A stretch of DNA of 61,947 bases, filler included, from Choristocarpus tenellus KU-1152 (GCA_964200185.2; 11 parts of 11 records of this genome joined end to end with filler, not necessarily neighbours in it), one strand, 5' to 3'; positions 1 through 13,232 are shown, numbered from the whole stretch's first letter. Made by a program: numbers and translations. The notes: generated from the letters alone by a model not told the origin.

Positions 1-69
1 ATCGAAATCGCAACATTGGATTTTGGCCCCCAAATGGACGCGGCTCTACCCTCTAAGATACTTTGGTTC
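1..69 (-). mobile_element. Truncated copy of the ~255-bp Sola2-like MITE (terminal ~70 bp)
   Basis: ATCGCAACATTGGATTTTGGCCCCCAAATGGACGCGGCTCTACCCTCTAAGATACTTTGGTTC matches the reverse complement of the MITE left end at 15866, 30068, 32811 and 59284. Confidence 0.9.
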
Positions 70-2817
70 TTCTATAGCCGTAAAAAGAGTGGCCTCTGAT
101 CACCACATCGTCCGCCTATAGTCATAAAACGAGTGGTCTCTGACCGCCATGGTCAAGACATTTCCTAGGTAGTTAATTGTTCTTCGTTCACCCACTCACA
201 TTCCTGTTCTCTTTTTGTGTGTCACCTTACCCTTTGTCTCGCAGGTTCGCAGACATGTCTGGCTCACAGCGTTCACAGAGAGAGTTGAGGTCACCTCCGA
301 CCCACAGTTTCGCTGAGGAATTGATGGTTCGGAGAGATTCCAGCCCTGAACCACACCTCAAAAAAATTCTAGCTGAAGCTGCGCCCATGCTGCTGAACGC
401 TGAGGCAGCCGCAAAGAACACGTTCATTTCAGCCTTCCACTCGTGATAAATCTCACCCCAGGTCGAGATCCCGAGACACGCGCTCTCATTGAGACGGACG
501 GAGGCCGCATCCGTTCACCTAGGTGTCACTATCGGACCAGGGATTATTCTTCACGCAGGTTTGTATCACCAGGGTCATTTTGGAGGAGGAATAGCCTGAG
601 TACAGTACGTTGGTCCAGTGAGGTTGAAGCACAGTTGCGTAGAGAAGTTCATGAGTTGCGTACACTCGTTGAGTCGAATGATTCACAATCCGGTAGGCAG
701 CAGCGGGACAGAGCCTCTCAGAACCTTGATATGCGTTATCACCAAGATTATGTTAAAACCATGGAACGCATTCATAAGAAACTCGGAGACCCTGCCAATG
801 ACCCTGTTCTTCTTGGAGTACCTGCAGATACCTCCACCCAAACCATGTCAAATAACCCTGTTTTCTTCGCTGATACTCTTACCAAGGCCCTAGGGAGGGT
901 TCAAGGAGGATCGTGGGCCCTGCCTGAAGACCATGATCACCATCGTAATATATCACGTCCACATAGTGATGCCCTGACCCCTTTCCACATCGAATTTCTT
1001 GAGCAATTACTGTCTGACTCTCTCAGGACCAAAAGTGATCTTCTGAGTGACTCATTTACAGTGAAAGTCCTGAGCATCACTGGACAACACCTCCGGGCTC
1101 CTCAGGAAGACATGGCGGCTACTGAGTGGGTTCGTATCCTGGTGGGAGAATGTGCTCTTTCTTACAGACAATCGAAAAACGCCGTAAAGAATACAATGAG
1201 TACTTTAAGGACAGAGAGAGGGGAATCGTGAAAAGCAGCAGCCAACCTTCTTTTTTTACACTATCGAGCATACAACGTAGATTTGCGAATGCCTCATATC
1301 TGCGAGACAACCTTCTTTTGGAGATATACAGCTGAAGACCAACTCATTGATCTTTGCGAACGAGCTCTTCCCATTCTTCTTCCCAATGTTCTAGACCAGA
1401 TTGGAGTACAGTCGATGGCATTCTCATTTCGCAAGGAGATTCAGAGTCAAACTCGCCCACTGGCAATTTCTCAGAATAATCCCTTAGGAGATGACATGAT
1501 ACAGTGGGGAATTAAAGCAGAACGGATCTTTGACGATCTAATCGAAGAATTGTCGAATCGGAGCGACCAGTACGCATTTGTCCCAGCCAATCAAAATGCT
1601 TCAAAATCTGCATCGTACAAAGATAAGACACCTACTGCTTTCGGTAGCATGGCTGATGCTCGTGCTATGTTTGCAAGCATGTCCGCCCCCTTTTCTACCC
1701 CAGTTGAAACTACGATCTGCAGACAGGAACCAGGACTGCCCCACTATAGCAGGACACCCTTGCCAAGAGAGGGGCCAAGTCAGAACCCACCGCCACACCA
1801 AGAGGTGGTCAATAGTGTGCTGGCGGCCCTCACGCTGAAACCTGTTTTGTCCTTAAAATCCCCTGCCCACTGTCTGTGCCGCCTTGACAAACCAACCTGC
1901 TTCTGCTCCTGGGAAACATGGGACCTCCTTCGCTCCTAAGAGCAATGCATCCGCACCCGTTCGAACAGTAACACCCACCACCCAGTCTGTGCCCCGATCC
2001 ACGTCTTCTTTAGCCATAGACAGAGCGAGCGATACAGGTCGACACCATTCGGGTAAGGATTTGCCTTCACCATCTGCTCCCCAAGGTGAGGTTTTCGAAT
2101 GGCTCAAGGCACATCGAGTTTGCTTCCACCATGCTTTCGGTCGTGACTGCTTCAAGTCTATCCACCATAGGTGCAGGTACACCCACGACGACCCATAGTA
2201 CCCAAGGGTTACTTCACACATCTGTCCCAAGACAAGCAGAGTACTCCCCCAGCTAACGAGTGGCACATGAAGGTAGCCTTGACAGACTCTCGTCTGCATT
2301 ACCTTGCTGCGATGCAGGACTTTGAGTTCCCGCCACTATTTGAAAGCAGTCCAACCGATTCCGAAGCGTCTGAGTTGTCCTGAAGGTGCGCCCTGGAGTC
2401 TTCAGCTTCAGGGAACTTACCCACTATAGCCATAGGAAGCATGACCCCCCCACCTACCTCGATAATATTCGCTATGTCACCTGCCCAATAAACTAGTCAA
2501 GTCTGGATATCTGCGTTGCTGTGGCACCCATGCAAAGTCCGTTCGAGAATGCCTGTACAAATTCTCCTTGACACAGGTGCAGGAGGTGGGAACTACATGT
2601 CGTCTGCTTTTTGGCGCAGTACTACTCTCTGGGGAGGTAGCACCGGCCTACCGCACCTTAACCAGGCGGGTAAAGGTACGTTGCAAGCAGCAAATCCGAA
2701 AGGATGCAATATTTCGCCAATGCAGGTACTAGGGTCCTGCATAATGCCAATATTGCTTCCCCCAGAGGATAGAGTCCGCAATGTGACATTTAGGGTAGTA
2801 GAAGGCTTACCTTACGT
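70..2817 (+). mobile_element. Decayed Ty3/Gypsy-type LTR retrotransposon, 5' part (gag-like ORF fragments, Cys/His finger, aspartic protease), truncated at ~2817
   Basis: Frameshifted ORF chain 256-2383; VCFHHAFGRDCFKSIHHRCRYTH finger (2115-2187); retropepsin motif ILLDTGAGGGNYMS...FRVVEGLPY (2560-2815). Confidence 0.7.
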
Positions 2818-5800
2818 ATGGATCATATGCAGGGTAAATATTGGGTGTGGAGACATCTGACTCTGTTTGGCCTATATTGCGGCACAGTGGGGCTAGTGGA
2901 AGTGGTGTTGTTACAGGCGAATAGCGTGAACATTTCTTCTTGTGTTCTAACAAAGTGCGAGCATTTGTTAAACGCGAATAGCGCGAGCATTTCTTCTCAT
3001 GCTTTAGCAAACACGAACGTTTGTGACAGACGAATAGTGCAAGGATTGTTTCTCACGTTCTAACGAGTGCGAACGATATACGATATTAGTAACACATAGG
3101 TAGCCTTAGAGAATAAATGCTAATCCCCTAGAGGATATAGAGTCAGATTCGGAAGGCATATACGTATCACTACAGAAGAAAAATATCAGTTCCTAAGAAG
3201 TTGCAGAATGAAGGTTTATGATTGGAGTACGTATAGAGCAGTTGCATAGAAGGCCAAAGAAATAGGGTGGATGATGAAAATAATAAGAGGGCTTCTAGTT
3301 AAAACACTTTTACCCCTCTCTTACCAGCCTTTTATCTTTAACGAAATTTTGAGTCGAGCTTTGAGCTAAGCACTGAGTGGAATATCAAGAGAGAAGGCTA
3401 CCTGACACCCTACAAACTGTTACCGAGGGCAACGCCCCCCACAGCATCATTTTAAGGTCGCCGGATTTGAGTTACACATCCTGTGGAGGTGAGTTCAGGG
3501 GCGCGCTGTAACATGGAGGTCCTACCGAGACTTCCACCCTGTAACAGTGTTTCATCCAACATTAATTCCTCCAACCTTGTCCTGGATAACATATCCGGAA
3601 TGTAGTGTAATCGTCCTGCTTTATGTAAAACTGTGAAGTCAAAAGCTGGTAAGGCTAAGGCCCACCTGGTCAACATATTGGAAGTATCTTGCATTGCATT
3701 TAACTAATGCAATGCCGAATGATCACTTATAACTGTAAAGTGTTTTCCCCAAATATACGGGCGCCAATGTGTTATGGCAAAGGATGGTGGCCGTTCCTTT
3801 TTTCTGAGTTGCTGAATATTGTCTTTGGGTTTGCTTAAAAAGAGCACTATGGTAGGCTACAATTTGGAAACTATCGTCCTCATTTTTATGTGCCAAGAAA
3901 GCTCCCATGCCAACATCGATATCGTCCATGTGAATAAATTACTCTCGAATAAAATCTGGAAAGCTTAACACTGGCGCCATAGTTAATAGACGTTAATAAA
4001 CGTTTACACCCATTAAAAAGATTTTGCTGTGGTCGTCCCCATAGTTGAGATAGACTTTTGTCCCCCTTCCAGACTTTTTTGTACTTTTCCTTGTAAGTGA
4101 CACCAGGGGCTCGGTTGTTGTAGCCAAATGGGGAATATATTTCCAAATAAAGTTCATGGAACCTAGAAAGGATTGTAATTAATTCACAGATTTAGGGGCT
4201 TTCAGAGCGGTTTTAGCCTGGATTCGATCTGGTGACACAGCAATACCGCTGGGGCTGACTTCATGTCCCAAATAATGAATTGATTTTGAGCCAAATTGGG
4301 CTTTAGAGAGTTTGGGGGTGACTCCTACTTGCTGCAGTAATGACAATACGTTCTCAAGAAGCTGGATATGATGGTTCCACGTTGGGGAGGCTAATAAAAT
4401 ATTGTCAAGATAAATCAGTAAGTCCATACTCGGTCCTAGGGTCGAAACTGTTTACGAGATGAAGCGTTGATATATCCATAGTGCATTAGCAGCACACCAA
4501 AGGGTAGCCTTTTGAATTCGTATTTTTCATCTAGTGTGACAAAGGCAGTTTTTGGCGTTCGCTAGCGTTGGTGATGGGTAGTTTACCTGTAGACTGATTG
4601 AACATCGAGACACGATAGGGATTTTGCTCCCCCTAGTTTACCCAAACAATCTTCCATAGGTGGTAACGGTCAGGAATTACGTACCAATTTTTTATTCAAT
4701 TAGAACCTAAAGTCTACACAGAATCGAGGAGACCCATCAGGTTTGTAACTATGGTTACTGGTGACGCCCAAGGACTTGAGGAGGGTTGAATTATTCCCTG
4801 ATTTTCCATGTCCTCCACACAAATGCGGATTGTTTCACGTATTTTGGGCGCGATCCGATATGGTGGACGATTCACAGGAACTATACCTGGTTTAAGTGGA
4901 AATCCAACACTGGTATTATTGCAGCAGTGTAGTTCCTCAGAAGTGAGCGAAAATACAGGTCGTTATTTAGTAACAAGGTCAAGTAGCTCCTCTTGTTCAT
5001 TATCAGATAACACTGTATCTTCCACGGACGTTTTTACCGTAAACTTCTTTTAACTCATCACGGGCTTGTTTAAGCTCCTCTGGAGTGTTCGGAGTAGCCG
5101 CTATGGTACTGGTCTGTGCTTCAGAAAGGATGTGAATTTGATCCACTGGTACTATTTGACCTACACCAAATTGAGGAGATATCTCAACACCATGGTTGGA
5201 AGGGTTGGCAATTTCGACTAGGCAAGATCTATCCTCTTCCCAAATAATTGAAGACCGACTGACCATGATATCTTTCCATGGAGAGTGGTGATGTTCCTGG
5301 TTGATGAAGTCCATCCTCGTCCTGACAATGGACTCCACTACCGAGTCTTTGACGGATCCAGATAAGACCTGAGAACACAATGAAACAACAGTTTCGGTTA
5401 CCGGGGGGTAAATATGTTTGTTCAAAAGCATCATCAAGTGGACGATTTGGTGAACAACTTGATTGGTTGTCCACTTCTGGATCGGATTCCAAAGAATTAT
5501 TACAAAGATCTGTTGTAGGCAGGTGTTGCCCATGTCTTGCTTAGCCTATCTGAGTAACAATTTGTAGCAACAGTGTTCACTAATGGTAAGGAAACCAATG
5601 GATTAACACATCCTAAATGAGAAGTCCTACCAATAAACTCTCACTCTGACCCAACACAAGAAGAGGGAACTACTTCTGCTGGGCACCCCTATACATGCTC
5701 GTTGATTTTCCCATTTCCCTTTGAAGTACCCTGAATAGTCTGATCTTGAGGAGTATATTCCTCCATCGAACCTTGTGCTGACAAAGAGGCAGTGAGGGCT

Positions 5801-7159
5801 GCAACAAATTGTTGCATCATTTCTTTGGGGTCCTTAGGGTTGGGGTTATCAAACGTGCGAGGACGACAATCAGGTTTATAATTCTCGCCATCCGGGTTGG
5901 AGAAACAACGCTCTGTGCTGTGACCCCTTCGAGATTTTGCACCACAGCCCGGAAATTCACTAAACAGGGTTTTTGAATCGGCGAGCAGGCACTTTTTCTC
6001 GGGTTTTCCTTGCGAGGGTACCTGGTCACGATTTGAAGCAGGACTATTTCGTTTCTTCGCATGCAACACATGAACCTCTGCTTGTAGTTCTTTGGGCAAC
6101 TTCTGTAGAGGCTTAAGGTCAGAAAACGTAATTCCGTGACTGGTAAAGAAAGTAAATCTTCTGTGCCCAAAGTTGATACCGTTACATTGCGATACGAGTG
6201 GTCGCCAAACTCAAGGCCTGATCTTGAAGCATTTGCTAAAGCAGCTGCGTCTACGAGTTCACCAAACTTTTTTAGGCCCCACTCTGCAGCCAAACGCTCG
6301 TGCTCTTTCCCGCTCTGGTATGTGAAAGTGAATGGTAGTGCGAAAGTGGTTGTCCAAGGGAAATCGTGATGCCAATTGGTGGGTAAATTCCTCTACCAAC
6401 TGGTCCCATGATGCAAAATGGGTGATGGCAAAAGAACTTCTGGCATGGCATTGTGACAACGAGTTCCCAGATGGATGCATGTGTACGAAATTTTGTAGAC
6501 ACAACTCGTCCTAAGGTCTGCTCATAGATGTCATGTTCTTGGACCGGCACTGATTCTTTTTGACCATTGCTAGCGAACAAATCCGTGACTGATATTCAGA
6601 AAAAAACAAGATCAGGTCAGGGACGGCGACACACTGTCTACCATCTTTGTCAGACTCGAACATTTTATCAACGTTAGATCCTTAGCCGGTAAGGTATTGA
6701 GGATATAAGGTCGGTTGGTTACTTGAGTTGTGCCTGTACTTATCTGAGGTTTGCTCGATCTCAATGCTGCTGATGCCTTAAGTGCCAAAACCATCAATGC
6801 ATGATCCTGGAGTTGTCCAGCTCTGAAGTCCAACAGGATATTTCCCACAGCGTCATCACAAAGGGTCATCAGTGGTATTGAATTCTTGGACTCACAGCTT
6901 TCCTCCAGTACCGCAAACTGATTTGCTGATGGGCTGGCCGTATTGCAGGGGGACCTGTCCCTGGGTTGAACCTCCGTCATCCCGTCTTGCTCAAGCGAGG
7001 CTCCTAGGACGCCATCTACTGAATCGGTCAATGGGATATCAGTGTTTGGCCCAGATGTCCTGCTTGGACTAGGTGCTGCCTCAGGTGGGCTGGCGTGGTC
7101 TTGGCTTTACCCTTGTAACAGGAGATCCTCAAAATTGAGGATGGCGCGGGACTATGAGG
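2818..7159 (-). mobile_element. Decayed, internally deleted Ty3/Gypsy element (gag, spacer domain, RT, RNase H; no integrase), nested against the first element
   Basis: Gag-like fragments 5689-7031 with CGAKSRRGHSTERC knuckle; RT motifs PYRIAPK, PWASP, PRFCVDFR and LLIYLDNILLAS (4179-4900); RNase H QYSATQK and MQDTSNMLTRWALAL...HKAG...PDMLSR (3580-3930); G-rich PPT-like tract near 3432-3443, then a non-coding LTR-like stretch. Confidence 0.8.
2911..3075. repeat. Three imperfect ~57-bp tandem units
   Basis: Units of type TTACAGGCGAATAGCGYGARCATTTCTTCT... start near 2911, 2968 and 3024; the same unit occurs in reverse complement at 13233-13305. Confidence 0.85.
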
Positions 7160-7259
7160 NNNNNNNNNNNNNNNNNNNNNNNNNNNNNNNNNNNNNNNNN
7201 NNNTTAATTAATTAANNNNNNNNNNNNNNNNNNNNNNNNNNNNNNNNNNNNNNNNNNNN
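7160..7259. other. Artificial contig linker (N44-TTAATTAATTAA-N44); identical linkers at 13133, 16761, 24533, 32677, 40459, 46128, 49006, 53968 and 57364
   Basis: Identical 100-nt N-padded six-frame-stop spacer occurs ten times. Confidence 0.98.
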
Positions 7260-7288
7260 CGACACCCCCCCCCAAGATACTTTGACCC
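7260..7288. mobile_element. Terminal inverted repeat end of a larger Sola2-like element (GGGTCAAAGTATCT subfamily)
   Basis: CGACACCCCCCCCCAAGATACTTTGACCC, nearly identical to 24633-24678 and 54068-54135. Confidence 0.8.
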
Positions 7289-7393
7289 CAAAGTTTCTGG
7301 CTGAGACACCTCACTTACTCCCTGTGTCCACTTTTGGGATATCAAGTGCCATGACTCCCATGGGTGATGATGTTCAGGACTGTGTATTGTCAT

Positions 7394-8823
7394 CAAAATT
7401 TTCCTCTAAGAAAAACAGGTTTGCTCTTTTTCCTAGAATCATTACTCATACCACAACAGAGTGGATGTACCTGGTGTCGTTTCCCATCTCTTTCAACACC
7501 ACTGTTGTTCGCCCCTTTGCAATTGCCAACAATGAGCATTACCTATACTTTGTTCATATATCATAAATCGAATGATATAATGACCTTGCTTGCTCCCTCT
7601 TTTGATTACACTAACCTTTGACTCTGACCCTTCAAGCATGGCTCTGGCGTAGTGCATGCAGGCATCCTTCTCTTTATCACTGCCGTTGCACTGCCAATAC
7701 AGTGCCATCATGGAAAGGGCAGGAGCTGCTTCTGGGATAGCTTTCTCCATTGCAGTGCCCAGGTGAAATTGGAGAGACAGGTGGTAGGAAAAGGATGCCT
7801 GATCGTTGCTAACAAGGGCCCCAAGCGAGATTGCCGCACATATCTGTGCACAAGAACACAAAAGGCATGTGGAGGAAGGGGTGTAGGGGGCAAGTAGAAC
7901 AGTTGGCCTGCCATTCTCTTAGCACCACTTAAGATCAAGCTACTACGAGCTCCTCCAATAGTATAGCTGCTAGCTTCTCAACATATATGAAAATCACTCC
8001 CCACTTCGAAGTTAGTCCTCCAAACCCCTGTTGCTGAATAATCAAGCCTCGTCTCTGTGCACAAGCATGTCGAGACTCGAAACATGTCATTGATTTCGAA
8101 AATACCTACCTCTGGGGCGGGACCCAGTAATACTCCTCCCACATCACACTTCCGCACACAAAACTCTGCACAAAATTACAGGTATTTACCTCTGCCTGGC
8201 GAAAACCTGACAACGAAGGGCCTCGCGCTGCAGCTGCCAGCTCTGGCTCTGCCTGCCGCTCTTGCAAAGCCCTATCCAGCTCCTCCTCAGTTACGAAGGG
8301 AAGCAACTGTCCCACTGTGCTATTGTATGTAGCCAGGAACACCCATTCCCTGAGTGCCTGTCTCGTAGTTGCTTTTGAAGGTCTTGCCGCTCCCTGCCCT
8401 GATTCTGTCAGGTTGCTGCCATGGTACGATGCACGTGAATCCCCCCTAACATCAGGTGTGGTACTCACCCTTGGACTTCGTTTGGCACCCCAGACGATAC
8501 ATGTACTGGAAGGTGAAGAGGACCCCGATGTGGCAGGTTTTGGCTTGGGTCCCGTCTTTCCCTACAGTAGGTGAATAGAAATTGACAAGAAATATGTAAG
8601 ACGAAGTAATCGAATGAGTATTACGGATGTCCTTGGAGGCAGAGTTGGATAGCTCGATTAACATTCTTGTGCCGAGCGGTTTATAACGCACCTTCTGCGA
8701 GAAGTGGCATACTCGATTGCGGTAGATGCACTGCTGACAATGCAACGATCCCTTTTCCGTCTTGCACTTGATCCTTTTTGTGTGACAGAAATCACAGGCT
8801 GACCTCACACCTCTAGAAATGGC
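7394..8823 (-). CDS. Zn2Cys6 (GAL4-type) binuclear-cluster transcription factor, spliced; 5' exon not located
   Basis: RSACDFCHTKRIKC...CQQCIYRNRVCHFSQK in exon 8823-8692; GT-AG intron joins in frame to GKTGPKPK...REWVFLATYNSTVGQLLPF (8561-8190), then ICAAISLGALV (7843-7616); possible last exon ~7541-7394. Confidence 0.8.
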
Positions 8824-11800
8824 CTGTTGACATCGATGAGGAGAGCATTGAAAAAAGAGTTGAGGGGGTCTCAGTGCTTGAGAAAATAGAGATTTCTGGC
8901 CAATATCAATTTAAAGATGATATATCCGACACAGACGTAGAAATGGAAGGAGGGAAAGTCAGACCGATAGAGCACACAACACGAAAAGATAGAATCTCCC
9001 AACTACGAGAACCTAGTCACAAGGTGGACAAGGGGGGTAAAACAGGACGCTATACATTTTGTCCACCTAGTCAAGAGCAATTGAACTTCTCCACTTTTCC
9101 TGTGGAATAAAAAACTGGATACGGTTTTGAGCTGATTCAATATCCACTTTCATCTTGTTGTTGGTGTTGTCGTGAAACCAAGGCGAGGACAGGCTTCCAA
9201 GAACTTACTCTTTCTTCACCACGATGGACTCGGGAAGTCGATTTAGAGTGCCCCATAGGCAGTGACGCACTTCCAGTTTCTTCGCTGCCGTTGTTATGAT
9301 GAACTCGATATGAGTGCCACCAGGCAGGGTAAAGTGTATCGGATTGTCTCAAAACCTATGTCCGCAACAGACCTTGTCGAAACACAGAAAACCTAGAAGA
9401 TTAGACGACCTTTTGGACACCCGACTATCCTCACGAAGTGCAGATCCCGACGAAGTCGAACGGGTGTTAGCAGGGACTGGGAATCTGCACTCTCTGATGT
9501 TTTATCGGACTGGGTCCTTCGAACTTCAGATCTACAGGGTCCTACGAACACAACCTATTCGACGAGTGGTGTGTGTGTGAGGAGACGAGGAGACAGAACA
9601 ATTTTCCAATTCCTAACATAATCCCCTCACACATGGAAGTATATCAAGTATCAAGTATCAGATTCTTTGATACACAATGGTCAACGGTTGGTCAGTGGTT
9701 GTGCCGCCTATAAAAAAGAAAAGTATGTCTATGCGGTGAATTTTGAACCAATGGTATGTATACGATCAATATTTCATCCTAGACGTTTTGAACTCCCTTG
9801 CTGTGGTTGAGCTACAGAATCAAATGTCCGCCTCTTAAGCTCTGTGCTGTGTAGAATTGCGAAGCAGCGAGGCAACGAACAGAGAAACTCTCCCATACTA
9901 TAGACACGTGTTACATTGAGGGCTGTCGTAGACTGCCACTGGGAAAATCATGAGACTTGCTCTAGTAATGAATAATGCATCAAGAGTGGTTAAGAGACGA
10001 CCACTACCAGGGATGTTGCAGGCTCTTGGCCACAGGTCAAATGATCTTCTAGCCTCGTACATTAATAATTGGTCCAAAAATATTCCACAATTTATGTCCC
10101 AGTCTTCCAATACCGGCGGGGGGGGTCATGCGGGTGTGGAGAGAAGGAATAGTAAACGGCAGAGAACGAGAGGGAGGGGAGCAGCATCGTGGACCCCTGC
10201 CGCCTTGACACGGTTTGATCGCCAGGTTCGAACCCCATGTTCACTAGAAACAGATGGATTATTCTTTCGATATCCAGAGTCGTCAATAGATGCTATTCTT
10301 TTGTCTTTATTACTGTCTGGTGCTGCTTGCTTCCTTCACATGTCTTTTTCTGGAATGGCCTGGAAGGTGTGTTTTATAGCTATGCTACGCGCAATACCAT
10401 GTGAAACTATTACGAATCTCCATGCAATGAGTTCTATGTTGCCAAGTCCACAAATGCAGTGGATTGCCTTACACAGAGAGTCTTACATCCTTTGTAGAAG
10501 ACTGGGTTATGCAATTTTTTGGACTGGTGGACTTTCAGAGGACTCCTGTATAGGCGAAATTGCCTAAAGAAGTACTTTTGGTTTACTTGGTGGCGCAGCA
10601 ATATATTATGTTGCACAAATCTTTATGCAATCAATTCTCTGTTGCCAAAGCACATAAATGCAATGGATAAACTTCCACTGATAGTCCTTCATTCTGTAGG
10701 AAAGGATCGTATGAATGAGATAGGTGCACATATAGACCACTCCAGTTTGAGCGGGATTGGTCGAGATGTAACACTTTCACCTATGGGATTTTCGGCAATG
10801 TTAAATCAAGTATGCATGCGTTGAAGCAGGTAAAGGGTGATCTGAATGGTCTTTGCTGCCAGATCTAACTGCAGTAAGTAAAGTATCTTATGTTCTCAGT
10901 ATTAATCATCTCCTGCCCTACAGTCGGTGTATTCACTGACGCAAGCTAAAGAACTTGTCGATGAGGGCTCTCTTTTTTTGTCCAGGTCGAGAACTCCTTC
11001 AAGTGCCGTGCAATTTGTTCTTGCAAAAGTGGAGACACTTTGCAAACCCGACTTCTGTTTCTCGGAAATGTTCCATCTCTTCCGCACTGGAGTATGAGCG
11101 TTAACCCACCCACGAGGAATTATGGTCTGGACCGAAGCTAGTCATCTATGCCTTGCCAATCCATGAAGATTCCTTTTGGTAGTCCTATCTAGCTGTGGTA
11201 CCTTTAGGGTCCTCCCTTGGCACACGCATCCTGACTGTGATTCCTTTTCCGAATTCAACTAATACGCTTCACTGGCCATCTTCAATGTAAGATGTTTCCA
11301 GAAGTTTGCCAACCCGCGTTTTGCCAAGTGAGATGTTCAAAGGAGTACAAGGAGAAGGTGAAGGGGGGTTGTTTTTGAGATATTAGCACACTATGTGATT
11401 AAAATTCAGACAATACAGCAGATCTCTTCCCCTCTGTAGAGTCCCCACTCACACCCTCTCGCTCCCCTCTTACATCCACAGGAGTGTGAACGTGTCACCA
11501 TATCAACACTGCTTCAATCAGCACTTGGGTTGATGACTAGGGCAATAACACGCACCTATACCAACCATTGCCGTTCTAGAGTATGTCCCATCCCTCTCCC
11601 CTACCCAAACCCTCCGGTTTGTACTGCAGAGAGCAGTTAGATCACCTCCCCCCCCCCTAACCCTTACCACCTATTCCATGTGCAAACAATGCCATATTTA
11701 ACGCCAGTTTGATGTGGTAGAGGTCAGCAGCTGTGGGGACTTGCGCCGCACCAAGGTGACCATGGCAGAGATGCTGAGCCAGTTTGGGGTCCATGCTCGG

Positions 11801-11986
11801 GACATCATATCCCTCGGCCTTCAGGTGTGCACGTGAACTACTCTGTGGCAAATAGAATGGAGGGATGTGTAGGTGGAGATTGCAGGAAAGCACATTTTAT
11901 GTAGGCCAGGACAGTCAACCCGAGCGATGGTGTGTACCTGTATCTGATGGCAAGATGAAATGCCGTGAAGGTCAGCTGTGTAGTCT

Positions 11987-12078
11987 ATAATTATTATTAT
12001 TATTATTGTTGCTATTTTTATTTTTATTTTTATTTTTATTTTTATTTTTATATTTATATTTATTATTGTTATTGTTAT

Positions 12079-12109
<31 letters not shown>

Positions 12110-12290
12110 ATTTGTCTGTGTCAAGACTTCAAGTTTTCCTTGTTAGGCTTTTGTTTACTGATACACATATGCAATGTACGGTTTTGGCACCTCTCCATTC
12201 GCAGCCTTCGGTATTTTTATTTTATTATTATTATTATTATTATTGTTACTATTATTATTGTTATTATTACTGTTATTACTATTGCGATTA
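11987..12290. repeat. Compound microsatellites (TTA)n, (TTTTTA)n, (TTG)n and (TAY)n
   Basis: Directly visible at 11987-12112 and 12212-12285. Confidence 0.95.
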
Positions 12291-13082
12291 CGTTGATTGT
12301 GGACAATAGGTAAAAGACATCTGTACAAGAGTGTCACCTTTCTACTTCCACGCAGTAGTAACGGCATTCAGTGCCTCCAGAGCACACCACTAAGGTGATG
12401 CCGAAACGATGGAGGAAAGCGCTAGGCGAGAGAGAGATCTGATCACCAGAACACCATTCACCCCCAGTTATTTTGGAACAAAGAAATAGTTCTCCTACCA
12501 CTTTTTTTGTTTTCTGCCTCATCCCCCTTTCGTTGGTGTACGCATGTGACGGACATTGATTTACTGTTTTTTTTTTTAAATTGTTATCACATCCAACCCT
12601 TCCTGCACATTTAAATGATAAATGGATTGAACAAACCTAACCCCAAACCCTTAGGAGTTGGATGCCGTTAATATATATATATATATATTTTTTTTTTTCT
12701 TTTTTAATGATACATTTTTGTTTTGCAGAACCTCTTGGTTCGGTGCATGTCAAAATATTAACTAATTGGATATGTTTATTGTTTTTATTGATATATATAT
12801 TTTTTCCGCGTATCGAGCAATTAAGTACACACAACTCGCTCTTTAAGTAGAACCTTTTTAGTTAGACGTTCTTTGTCCATGTCAAGAAATTGTGTGTGCA
12901 TTTTTTTTTTAATATAAAAATGAAAAAAATAAATAAACGAGCGCGAATTGATCTCTGCTTGATTCAGTTAAACGAGGGAAATGAGGCGGTGACTTAAAAA
13001 AAAAAATGAGCTTTCCAAGTAAAAAAACTCTAAGTTTAAGTTTTTTTGTAGGTGTATCTAAAAAGCACATCTCCATATGTCA

Positions 13083-13132
13083 GCGTCAATGTATCTGGGG
13101 GGGGGGGGGGTGCGTGCTTCCACTTTTGTTTC
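13083..13132 (+). mobile_element. Degenerate Sola2-like TIR start at contig end
   Basis: GCGTCAATGTATCTGGGGGGGG resembles GGGTCAAAGTATCT(G)n; a similar start is at 46109-46127. Confidence 0.6.
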
Positions 13133-13232
13133 NNNNNNNNNNNNNNNNNNNNNNNNNNNNNNNNNNNNNNNNNNNNTTAATTAATTAANNNNNNNNNNNN
13201 NNNNNNNNNNNNNNNNNNNNNNNNNNNNNNNN

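Noticed and set aside
7160-7259. Recurring TTAATTAATTAA palindrome in N runs
   Set aside because: Assembly concatenation linker, not biology; ORFs ending in XXXLIN are artefacts
9898-11330. Overlapping ORF fragments, including a 205-aa plus-strand ORF
   Set aside because: No recognisable motif in any frame; probably a decayed repeat
12112-12367. Poly-Tyr and poly-Asn ORFs
   Set aside because: Translations of microsatellites
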